From assembly GCF_018350175.1 (NCBI RefSeq), contig NC_058375.1, positions 189,906,001-189,970,000 on the forward strand: DNA of 64,000 bases, written 5' to 3'. This DNA comes from Felis catus. Its lineage: Eukaryota. The notes under the pieces are model-generated. The model worked only from the letters and a program-made list of their open reading frames with translations. It was not told the origin of the DNA and searched no databases. This document shows, piece after piece, positions 10,236 through 21,129 of the stretch; position 1 is the stretch's first letter; every line of letters starts with the position of its first letter. Made by a program: the position numbers and the translations under genes.

Positions 10236-12689
10236 TTTAAGTCACAACTTTTCTAACCGTAGGGAAAAGGAGCAAAGTGGGCGAAGTCAAAATGGAAATG
10301 AACAAAAAACAAAGGGACTACATCTTAGAGTAGCAAATGGATGGGAGAGCTGAAGGTCTATAAGAGAGCTGGAAAAGAAGTACTGAGAAAAAGGGACAAA
10401 AAGAGAAAAAGCGGACAGGGGGCTGGCTGGTGGAGATTGGTATTGTCATATGTACAAAGCCAATGTCATTTTAGGACCGTGAGGTGCAATTCTCTTCAAA
10501 AGGCGTCTTCTTACCCAATTTCTGGTACCAGTGGCGTGGAACTGCCACATGCTTATTCTACGTTATGTCTATACGTTGTTTAGGGAACTCTGCCATGTAG
10601 ATTTTGGAAGCGCGTCACTTTAGCATAGTTAGCAATGACCACGTATCTCTTTCCCTGGAAACGTAAAACTCTTCTTTAAGCAGAACTATCATTTGCTGAG
10701 AATCTCTTATTTGGCTTGTCAAAGTTTAAGGAAAGGAAGCAAGCATTAGAAACTCGTCCAGTCTTGCCAGCCATGAGACAACTGAAGAGATATTCCAATC
10801 ATCCCTGAATTTGTTTCCTCATGTGTGCTCATGACATTTTCTCACGTGCTCAAATGGAGTAATTGTATTGAATAAAACACACAAAAGTGGAATCCTTAAC
10901 GATGGTGCTTATTCAGAAAACGGGGAGTTATTGATTCCAGATCTAGCTTTCTGATTTCCGCCAGAAACTGCACACCTGGGTTGGGAATGTCTGTCTTTTC
11001 TGGAAGTTGATGTGCCTGGAGATGTTGGAGGAAAAGGGAGACGCTTTCCAAAACGGTTTCTTTTTCTTTCAAGTACTCCCTGTGGGTGCTTTACCCACCC
11101 TTGTTGGAGATGATCCTACTAGTTTGCAAAAACCTTTGTGCATTGACAGATGGCTTTGGGAAACTGCAAATATAGGAGGCTTCAAAGGACCTCTCAATTA
11201 GGCATGATGTTGGGAGAGTTTAGGTTAAATTCAAGGATCCTAAGTTCACTTCTCAAACAAATTCAGAATGAGACGTGTTTCCTTTGCTGCAGAATAAACA
11301 GATTGTTAGGGCACCTCTGCTATGTAGTATTCACAGCTGCAGAGGATGGGGGGCCACACAGCTCATGTCACTCTAGTCTCTGATCTAGCCCCAAGCACCT
11401 GGTCATTATTTGTTTACTATTTGTTTAAGGGAACAAAGAAACAGGCTCTCTCTTCCCAGGCAGTGAGAAAAGGCATTCCCGTCCCAGGTTCATAAAGCTC
11501 TAGAGGCCCTCTCCCTACAGAGAGCTATCAAATCCCAGGTTTGAAGAGCCACCCCCCCCCCCCCCCCAGTATGTCATCAGAGGCTGTGTCCTTCTTTTTT
11601 GTAAGTCACTTTCCTGAGGCAGGGTCAATATTATTATTCCCATTTTGCACATTTTGCACAGTAGATCAATTTTCGGTTCCCAACAACAGAACTTCCTCAA
11701 TTTTTATATGATGAAACTTAACTCCAATCATATGGGCATAAAGAATATGCATAGCCACCAGAGCATTGTTTGATTTCAGGAAGGAATTTTATTTCACCTT
11801 AAAATATGGTCTATAGTAGCCTAATTGTGAAAAAAAATGCATTGTGTGTGGGCCTCTTTTGCATATTTAGATACAGAAGAATGTGAGCAGTCGCCAGATA
11901 ATATAATTTTCATCCAGCCAAATATCGAGTACAATGAAGAAAATGCAACTTTTGCAGTGTGATTTATACATGCTTATATACCCTTCATTTTTAGTCTATA
12001 TGAAATGCAGACATTTATAGTTCTATAACCAGAGGAATAAAATTTGAATGTGTAGTAAAACGAGAAATGTATTTTAAATGGGCTTTAGAAACAGAACTGG
12101 GGAAGTCATCAAGAGGCCACAGTCACTAATGTCATTGGTTATTTTGTAGATGGCCACTCAGATGGAGGCCTGGCAGGCGCAGGATTGAATTTGGGCTGAT
12201 GGGCAGTGGGAGATGGAGTGATGGCTTCCTGTAAGTGATTGAGATACAGCAACATAGTAATCCAGGCTGGCCATAAAGCAGCTATAAAGCCTGTATGAGA
12301 AATTCCTTCTGCCCATTTGAGGCATCCTTATTGTTTTTACTTTTAAAAGAAGAACTATTTTATGATTTGGCATAGATCATTGATTGTGGTGCTTTTCTAT
12401 TTCAGGTATCTCCCAGCTGTGTTCTGTGTCAAATTCATAAAACAAACCAACAAAAATAAACCATTATTTTCACAAAATATTGGAAGAACGAGTGGCCATT
12501 TGCCTATCAGTGCCTATCACTTCCAATGTAACTCCCTTGGACATGTATTATAGAAGCAACTTATCAGCCCCAAGTGATATATGGGAAAGAGGGAGAATTA
12601 AAGAATGTTCCTTATTGTGATGGGCAGCTGAAATTCTTCTCCTTTGTCCTAGCAGAACTCAGTATATCAATTGGAAACGTGTGTCATGT

Positions 12690-13105
12690 GGTTTGAGTGG
12701 TGATGAATCTGTTCCCCCTCCAACCCCGACTGCAGGGATGTCATGTGACCCAAGCTGGGCCAATCATAGTCCTCCTCAGGACTTTTCCATGAGCACTCTA
12801 AGGGAAGACTGGTTGTTCCAATAGTATTACTAAGATGGGGGGATATGGGCTAGACGTTGCTGGCAGCCATTTTTATTAAGCACATGGAGAAAAGCATCCT
12901 AAAGACCAAAGCCAAGCCAAGCTGAGCTCAGAGATGGAGAGAAACCAAGCTTGTTACCCAGTTTAAATCTCAAAATTCAGTCATACTTGATTCTAGTAAT
13001 AAACCTCCTTTTTAATTTTGTGAAATTGAAAACTTCCTTTTTTGTTTATTGTAGTTTTAGTTGAGTTTCTTCTATTACTCTCCACCCCCAAAAAGCCCTA
13101 ATACA
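12690..13105 (+). mobile_element. MaLR LTR (MLT1J/K-like)
   Basis: catgtgacccaagctgggccaatca...ctggcagccattt...ccctaataca end. Confidence 0.55.
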
Positions 13106-13129
13106 CTTGAAGTTTATAAGACTATACAT

Positions 13130-13430
13130 TGTCCATACTTACCAGCCTTCCTTGTAGCTTAGGCGGGGGCCACGTGACTAGTTATTGTCAATAGACTGTG
13201 AGCAGAAGTGATCAAACTTTGAGGCATTTAAGAGGTGGTGTGCCTCTGCCAGCCCTCTCTTCTACTGTTGCAGAGACTAAGAGGCCATGTCTACAAGCTA
13301 GTGTGGCTAGAAGATGACAGAGCCTGCATCAGCCCAGATCACTCAGACCATGTAGATAGAGCCTCTCCCCCACTTCTGCCAGCCTTTGCTGTGTTAAGCA
13401 ACTAAGATTTCAAGAATAATTTGTTATGGG
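13130..13430 (+). mobile_element. MaLR LTR (MLT1H/I-like)
   Basis: ccagccttccttgtagc...ccacgtgactagtt...gagcagaagtga...gtgttaagcaactaagattt. Confidence 0.55.
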
Positions 13431-13589
13431 CACCCAGGGGCTTGTGGTAGAAATTGAGCTCAGCTCTATGGAACAATTAAGAAAGTTAGATTTTTCCTTG
13501 TTCCCCTGAGTTTGTGGCTAAAATCCATGTCCATCAACTAGTTTTTTGTAATGCTTCTTCATAGCATACGAAGTAGAGGTAGGGGATGT

Positions 13590-13668
13590 CACAAGACACA
13601 AAAGAACCAAGACACAAGAAGACACAAAAGAACAAAGAAGAACCAAGAAGACACAAAAGAACCAAGAA
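13590..13668. repeat. T-free patchwork minisatellite
   Basis: aagacacaaaagaaccaag at 13593-13611 and 13648-13666 (exact) and 13619-13637 (1 mismatch). Confidence 0.85.
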
Positions 13669-13759
13669 TAAGGAGACAATGAGCACAGGAGCTCTCTTCA
13701 GTTTTGTGCCTAGAGAGAGTGGTAGGATCTCAGCCTCAGAGGAAACCAACATTCCCTGA

Positions 13760-13940
13760 GTTCAACTGTGAGTCAAACACTTTACCTACATTATTTCATT
13801 CCACTTGCACCAAGAAGCCATGAGATGATATGATTTCTGTTTCATTGACAAGGAAACTGAATTCCAGAGAGATTAAGTAGAGCCACAGTTTCCTGGCTAT
13901 GAGGGGTCAGCTTTGAACCCTATCTGTTCAGCTGTACAAT
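13760..13940 (-). mobile_element. MIR
   Basis: attatttcattccac...aagccatgag...ggaaactgaattccagagagattaagt. Confidence 0.55.
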
Positions 13941-14019
13941 CTAGCCCAAATTATTCTGTTATTGCTATTAATAGTAGTGTAAATATTACTTACAGATAAT
14001 CCGTTCCAGATGTACTTAA

Positions 14020-14520
14020 AGCACCAGCCTCTCCCACCCACCCTTCAACATAGAGAAAGCAGGATCCACCCATATCTGATCTGAGTCCTCAGGTTCAACC
14101 ATGTCAGCGCTTTAGGAGCAAAATGCATGCCTTCCAGTCCCTGGCACCCCAATTACCCTGTCCCTGAATTCTTATGTCCTTTGTCTGGCCACCACTGGAA
14201 TGTGCTGGTCTTTTCTTCAATATCCTGTCTGGCATTGTCCTTCTTAGCTTAATCAATTTTGCTTTGGGCACCCAGCCAATTTGGGTCCCATAATTCCTCA
14301 TTCCCAGTTCCTCATATTCTCTAGGCTATTTCTCTTTGCCTTGACAAATTTCCTGAACTGATGGTCCCCATTTCTAACTAATTTGTCAGCCAATATCCTC
14401 CCTTCAGCTTAACCTACAAGTTTCTTAGTCTATGTCCAATCATTTTCTCTGCACCTATGACAGGCTACCCATCATTCTTATCTCTTTGCAACATTAGCGT
14501 TCTCAAAAAAACATTTATAA
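14020..14520 (+). mobile_element. L2 fragment(s)
   Basis: Pyrimidine-rich, L2-like composition and motifs. Confidence 0.35.
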
Positions 14521-15544
14521 GTGATCACCCTCTGGGTTTCTAGTAGAATATGGTTTAAATTTCAAATCACGGTAATTTGGTGAAGGAGATATTTTCTTCT
14601 CAAACTTCTAACTTATCTTAGCCTCAATGAGTGTCTTATTCTAAATCCCCATGCATTTACACCAAATATATATTGCTACATAACGTGTAAAACATGAAAT
14701 ATAGAGAAACTGATTGGACATTGTAGGATTCTCCCAAACTGAACAACAAGCACAAAAGTATTGAAGGGGAGTTTGAAGGAGAGTCAGTAGGCCTCCAAAA
14801 ATACAGAATCAGGCAAAACCATCCACTGCTTCATTGCCATTAATTAAAAACAAAAACCAAACAAAACCTTGTAGAAGAATATAACTTCCCAAAGGGAAAT
14901 CTGGGGAAGAGACCAGGATTAATTCTCTGAATTTCCATGAAAGGGCACGAGTGATCATGAGCTGTCACAGTGTTCATGCAGTCACACTTAAATAATGTCA
15001 TTGTGCTGCAACACAATTAGGACTCCTTATGGCCAATCACTTAGATCAGTATTTATGAAGGCTCAGGCTGCAGATTATGAGCCAAAATCTGGCCTTTTTC
15101 CCACCAGTGACTAAAATAATGCACAAAAGCCCATTTAGCACATCTCTGTGAACATCACATTGTCATGAACTCATCTCTGAGACAGTAAATTCTATAAGCA
15201 TTAATGGGTCTTATTCAACAAACATCCATTTTGTAGTCAGACAATTTTGTCACGGACACCTGCCAATTCATAGTCTAAGAAGAAATCACTGAGCTTATAG
15301 AGTTGTCATTTAAAAAATGAATATGTCTCATTATCTTTATTTATATCCTTTTTACAGCTCCAAACTATCAATCCAGAAGACCTCTGAAGCTTTTTTGGGG
15401 GAAAAAAGTGTTTTCCAGTCAAAATCAAACACTGTACTTTGCCAATTAACCATGGCTTGATTTTGGCATTAAATTCTCATTGATTTTATTCAAATAGGAA
15501 AGTAGACATAAGTCCTTGACATCTGGACCTTAGCATATATCTTA

Positions 15545-15700
15545 GCATTGGAAGGTTTCATAAGAGATTGGGTGGGAGAAAGGAACATGGGTTCTAGTTC
15601 CTTTGTGACCTGCCACTATCTAGCCTTCAGCCTTTCGTCAAGGCATCACACCGCTTTGGGCTTCCAGTTTCCTCAACTCTTAAATGTTGTGTTTGGAATC
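15545..15700 (+). mobile_element. MIR fragment
   Basis: gggttctagttcc...ttccagtttcctca. Confidence 0.45.
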
Positions 15701-16100
15701 AGAGTTTCTCTAAGATATTTTGCTGTTTTGTAAGTTTCTGGTCCTCTAGAATGATCCTCTTTCTTCAAGCATATAAGATATCATTGTTCTCCCTGCTCAG
15801 CTTTGTTCCAATGTCTCTATCAGGCAAATGCCCATTCAGTCTTCAAGTCCCAGCTCAAACATTGCCTCTTCTTGGGTTCTCAGTAGATTTAAGACAAGTT
15901 CTCCTAAGCTTATATTTTATTTTATAAAGAGGATGCTTTTATGTCATAATAAATACTATGGTAGAAGAAATAGTGGCCCTTCAAAGATATTCATTGTTTT
16001 AATCTCAAGAACCTGTGAATATGTTACTTTCCATGGTGAAAGGGACTTTGCAGATATAATTAAATTAAGAATCTCAAGACAGGAAGTCTTTTAAAAATTT

Positions 16101-16306
16101 TTAAATGTTTTATTTATTTTTGAGAGGGAGAAAGAGAGAGACGGAAAGACAGAGTATAAGCAGGGGAGGGGCAGAGAGAGAGAGGGAGACACAGAATCTG
16201 AGCTGTCAACCCTGGGCTCAGCACTGGGCTCGAACTCACTCGGACTGTGAGATCATAACCTGTGCCAAAGTTGGATGCTTAACCAACTGAGCCACCCAGG
16301 TGCCCC
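16101..16306 (-). mobile_element. Can-SINE with internal deletion
   Basis: Head ccacccaggtgcccc; lacks aagcaggctccaggctctg; TSD about tcttt(t)aaaaatttt. Confidence 0.92.
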
Positions 16307-16319
16307 TCTTTAAAAATTT

Positions 16320-16532
16320 TTTTAATGTTTTATTTTTTAATGTTTGTTTATTGAGAAAGAGAGAGAGAGAGAGAGAGAAAGCATGAGAGGGTGGAGAGGC
16401 AGACAAAGAAGAGAGAAAGAGAATTCCCAAGTTGAGAATCCTGACACAGGGCTTGATCCCATGATCGCAAGATCATGACCTGAGCCTAAATCAAGCATTG
16501 GGTGCTTAACCAACTGTGCCACCCAGACACCC
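16320..16532 (-). mobile_element. Can-SINE (older type)
   Basis: (GA)n tract, gatcatgacctgagcc, head ccacccagacaccc. Confidence 0.9.
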
Positions 16533-16737
16533 TAAGATGGGGAGATTATCTTGGATTATATAAGTGGGACCAATGTAATTATAAGGGTTTTGAAGGGTAT
16601 ATGACGGAGACAAGAGGGTCAAAATTAGAGAAAGGAGATATGACACTGGAATGATGCAATTCGAAGATGAAGGAAGAGGCCATGAGCAAAAGAATGTAGA
16701 CTTCTAGAAGCTGGGAAAAGTAACAAAAAAAAGGGGG

Positions 16738-16798
16738 GGAAGGAAGGAAGGAAGGAAGGAAGGAAGGAAGGAAGGAAGGAAGGAAGGAAGGAAGGAAG
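16738..16798. repeat. (GGAA)n microsatellite, about 15 units
   Basis: Directly visible. Confidence 0.95.
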
Positions 16799-16833
16799 AA
16801 AGAAAGGAGAGAAAGAAAAAGATTTTCCTCCTT

Positions 16834-17039
16834 GGGGTGCTCGGGTGGCTCAGTCAGTTAAGCATCCGTCTCTTGACTTCAGCTCAGGTCATGATCTCGT
16901 GGTTCATGGGATTGAGCCCCAAGTGGGGCTCTGTGCTGACAGGGTGAAGCCTGCTTGGGATTCTCTCTCTTTCCTACTCTCTCTTCCCCTCTCCCATGTG
17001 CTCTCTCTCTCCCTCTCAGTATAAATAAACATTAAAAAA
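16834..17039 (+). mobile_element. Can-SINE
   Basis: ggggtgctcgggtggctcag head; TSD aaaaagattttcctc / aaaaagattctcctc. Confidence 0.95.
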
Positions 17040-17224
17040 GATTCTCCTCTGAAACTTCCAGAAGGAACATAGCTCTGTCAACACCTGAAGTTTAGACTTC
17101 TGACCTCCAGAACTATAGAATAAATTTATATTGTGTTAAGCCATTGAGTTTACAGTAATTTGTTAAAGCAGCAAAGACCAATACAATGATTCTGACATAT
17201 GATATAGCATACCAATATTGTAAC

Positions 17225-17380
17225 TGTTTATTTGTATGACTGTCTTTTTGCTAGTCAATGGATTTCTTGAGGGTGAGGACCGTATATTTTTATCTTTATA
17301 TTCTCAGTTCTTAGAAGAGTCCTTGGTACATAGTAGATAACTCAAAAGGTATTTGTTGAAAGCCTGACTAGATGAATAAA
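17225..17380 (+). mobile_element. L2 3' end
   Basis: tttcttgagggtgaggaccgtat...ttggtacatagtagataactcaaaaggtatttgttgaa. Confidence 0.65.
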
Positions 17381-18389
17381 TCTTGTTTTACAAAGATAAT
17401 GTCAGAATTTAGGGGATAAATGACTTGCTCAAGGATTTCATACTAATAAGAATGCTCCCAAATGCTGCATTTTCTCCAGGATGTGGTATTTTTGGTGACT
17501 CATATTTTCACTGAGAGTGCCACATCAAAAAGGTTGACGTACTGTCTCCATCACTTCATATGAAACCGTGCTACACAAATCTAGACTCCTGGGTAGAGAG
17601 TGACTTTTATTTATTTATTTTAAGCATAATTCTTGAGATTCCATAGGAGAAAAAAAACCACATTCAAACATTGGCAGAGTGCATTATATTATACAGTTTT
17701 ACTTGGAGCTCTTTCAATGATTCAATTTAATGCTAAGTAGTCCAGATTTTGAGTAGTAAAAATATTATGTGCACTTCATCTGTTTGTTTAAAATGGGCTC
17801 TCTAAACAAAACCTACACTTTGCTTGAAGTTACCAGTGTCAGTGGGTGTGAATGTGTGTATTTATTTACACATCATGGAATGGAGAGGGTTTTGGGTGGG
17901 GGAGGGGGGAGGCAGAAAAACCCTCCCCCAACCCCTTCCAATGTAAAGGTGCAGCTAAACTCCCACTGGTTCTGCATGATGGTCCCACCCGGGGCTGTGA
18001 CAAGAATAAGAGCCCATTTTTGAGCACCCGTCCTTGGAAGAAAGCATAAGTGTGACTGCCATTTACACTGCAGATGGTCCGGGTTGTCTCAATCTTTGTG
18101 TGAACAGCTGCTTGTTGTCCTCTCACGGTTGTAGGAGAGTTTGTTCTGTTGTTTGGCAAGTTCCTTCGTCCAAAAGTTCTTCCCATTTGAAAAGGAGAGG
18201 AGTTGGCTTAATGTCATCTTGTAAGAAGAGTTCAACTATTTTAACTCAAGTTTCACTGAGAGAAAATTCTACAGTTGCCCATCACAGGAATGCACTTTGA
18301 TTCCAATGGTTAGATCCTGCCATGACTGTACGAAGAAGTTATTATTTTAGAGGTTCAGATTCTGTTTTTCATCATAAAATACATATTTA

Positions 18390-18828
18390 GGGGTGCCTGG
18401 CTCAGTTGGTTGAGCGCCTAACCATGGCTCAGGTCATGATCTCAGGGTTTGTGAGTTTGAGCCCTACATCGGGCTCTGTGCTGACAGCTCAGAGCCTGGA
18501 GCCTGCTTCTGATTCTGTGTCTCCCTCTGTCTCTGCCCCCTCTTCCGCTCATGCTCTGTCTCTTTCAAAAATAAACATTAATGGGGCGCCTGGGTGGCTC
18601 AGTTGGTTAAGCGGCTGACTTCGGCTCAGGTCATGATCTCGCGGTCCGTGAGTTCGAGCCCTGCATCGGGCTCTGTGCTGACAGCTCAGAGCCTGGAGCC
18701 TGTTTCAGATTCTGTGTCTCCCTCTCTCTGACCCTCCCTGTCTCTCTCTGTTCATGCTCTGTCTCTCTCTGTCTCGAAAATAAATAAACGTTAAAAAATC
18801 ATTTAAAAAAATAAACATTAAAAAAAAG
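18390..18828 (+). mobile_element. Can-SINE (outer, host of a nested SINE)
   Basis: TSD aaaatacatattta (18376-18389, 18829-18842). Confidence 0.93.
18583..18806 (+). mobile_element. Can-SINE nested in the tail of the previous SINE
   Basis: TSD aaaaataaacattaa (18567-18581, 18807-18821). Confidence 0.95.
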
Positions 18829-18884
18829 AAAATACATATTTAAATTTTTTCTTATATTTGCAGCTAGAAAATCTTTAGGAGCCT

Positions 18885-19135
18885 GGGTGCCTGGGTGGCT
18901 CAGTCAGTTGAGCATCTGACTCTTGATTTCAACTCAGATCATGATCTCACGATTCATGGGATTGAGCCCCAAGTGGGGCTCTGCACTGACAGCATGGAGT
19001 TTACTTAGGATTCTCTCTCTTTCCCTCTGTCCCTCTCCCCTGCTCTCTCTCTCCCTCCCTCTCTCTCTCTCTCTTTCTCCTCTCTCTCTCTCTAAAATAA
19101 AATAAAAGATAAAAACTAAATAAAATTAAAAAAAG
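18885..19135 (+). mobile_element. Can-SINE
   Basis: TSD agaaaatctttaggagcc / agaaaatgtttaagagcc. Confidence 0.93.
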
Positions 19136-19233
19136 AGAAAATGTTTAAGAGCCATCGATCTTCAATATTTTTCTATTTTTTGAATGTCTAGTCCTCAATG
19201 GTGAGACAAGGAGAATAAAATGCAGTATGTCCA

Positions 19234-19470
19234 GGGACACCTGGGTGGCTCAGTTGGTTGAGAGGCCAACTCTTGATTTTGGCTCAGGGTAATGATCCCA
19301 GGCTTGTGGGATCGAGCCACACGTCAAGCTCTGCACTGAGCATGGAGCCTGCTTGTGATTCTGTCTCTCTCTCTCTCTCTCTTGCTCTCTCTCTTTCTGC
19401 CCCTCTCCCCAACTCATGTAGGTCCTCTTTCTCATTTTCTCTCTCTCAAAATTGAAAACAATTGAAAAAA
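19234..19470 (+). mobile_element. Can-SINE
   Basis: gggacacctgggtggctcag head; imperfect TSD aaaatgcagtatgtcc / aaaatgaaatatgtcc. Confidence 0.92.
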
Positions 19471-19889
19471 ATGAAATATGTCCCCACAAATGATCTTCCA
19501 ACCTCACTAAGGAGATTGGACATCCTTCACGCTAATGAAAAATTTGTGTACAAGGCACATGTATTAATAACTTTATTGAAAAGATATACCAAAAATGCTA
19601 AATAATTTTGGGAACAAAAAATATACTTATTCTCCTCCCACCCTGGCACAGCCATTTTCATTTGCATAGTTCTTACTTGCCATATGTGGCTGTGTGCAAG
19701 AAAGCAATATGCAAAAACAGTATGTTTCAACTCCACCATTATCACCCCACAGTTTTTCCGGGGTTCCTCATGTGGTGTGGGAAAGTGGTACACAGTGTGT
19801 TTGGAAGTTTATGAACACATTTTTTTTTTTTATAATTTTAGCACCATAACAGTTAAGGAAGCGATTTTCCTATCTTCCTGAACCTGTAG

Positions 19890-20195
19890 CCTTGTCATTT
19901 AGATCTCAGCTCAAATGTTGTCTCTTTGGAGAGACCTTTTTTGAGAATGCCATCCAATGTCGCGCTCGAACCTGTCCTGGTCACATTATACCATTTAATT
20001 TTCTTCACAGTCCTTATTTCGATATGAAATTCCGTTTTTGCATTTATGTGTTTGCTTGAGTGTTCTCATGTAGTGCATGTTGGAAAAGAAACTATGTCAG
20101 AGCAGGAAGCTTACCTGCTTTCACAGCTACACCCCAAGTGCCTAGAACAGCACTTAGTATGTAGTAGGACCCCTTTGACACGTGAGACTGAATTA
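19890..20195 (+). mobile_element. L2a 3' end
   Basis: agatctcagctcaaatgttgtctct...cccaagtgcctagaacagcacttagtatgtagtagg. Confidence 0.7.
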
Positions 20196-21129
20196 ATGAA
20201 ATACAAACTATCTGTCTTTGGCCTAATTCATAGCTAATATGACAGAAAAAAAAACCCCACAAAACAAAATTGACAATGACTAAAACTTGCACACAATAAA
20301 ATTGATCATAAATGGAAAAATTGACTAAAGAATCAATCTTGGTAACACTGCAAAGTCAAAAATTGATCTGAGGAAAAAAATACTTGGTTGAAACAATTGA
20401 CACACACAAAACAGACGATGGCTAAAACTGCATATGGAAAAATTTGCCCTTGACTAAAAAGTGGCAGGAGAACCAAATTTTCTAAACAAAATCTGTACCT
20501 GTAAAATTTGACCCTGGGCAATTATTCTTGGTGGAAGTAAATGTCATAAAAGAAAACCCATATAACAGGTAACATTTGACATGTTTGGGGGAAAAAAAAA
20601 CCTGGTTGATAAATCAAATCTTCATCATAGAATCCATGAGGAAGAGTTGACGTTGAGAAAAATAATTTTGGTGAGATGAAAAGGAAAAAAATGGAAACTG
20701 AATTATTTATATAGAAAAATTGATCAAACAATGCAATTGGCTTAATGTAGTTTGAATCAAAAAAATCCTTCTTGGCAATAGTGATATAATTCTGATTAAA
20801 ATTATTGTGTTCATAAATATGGAGCCAATATATTCTAATGGTCAAAATGGTGGGATAACAACTTTGTACAATCTGCCCATATATACAGCAATATAAATAA
20901 TAAACCACCAAATTGTGAATCATAAACAGTCATAAGATAGACCAGTGTATAATGTGCTGAGAATAAAAAAAATCATTATATATTGTCAGGGGAGTCTCCT
21001 CTGAAAGCAGGGCAGTCACTGACCAGCTGGCCAGGCTTGGGAAGGTCACTCAGCTCCCCTAGGTCTTGGACATATTCAACAAGGGTTTGAACTACAGAGC
21101 GCGAAGAGAAAGTGTGTATTATTGAGAAT

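Larger units (their letters stand above)
15957..17185 (+). mobile_element. MLT1D MaLR LTR, interrupted by three SINEs and (GGAA)n
   Basis: gaacctgtgaatatgttac...gggactttgcagat; aagatggggagattatcttggatta; attctcctctgaaacttccagaaggaac...aataaa...ccaataca, all collinear with the recalled MLT1D consensus. Confidence 0.85.

Noticed and set aside
20522-20923. 133-aa hydrophobic ORF
   Set aside because: It is the antisense of an A-rich strand, which is naturally poor in stop codons; the F/I/Y richness is compositional.
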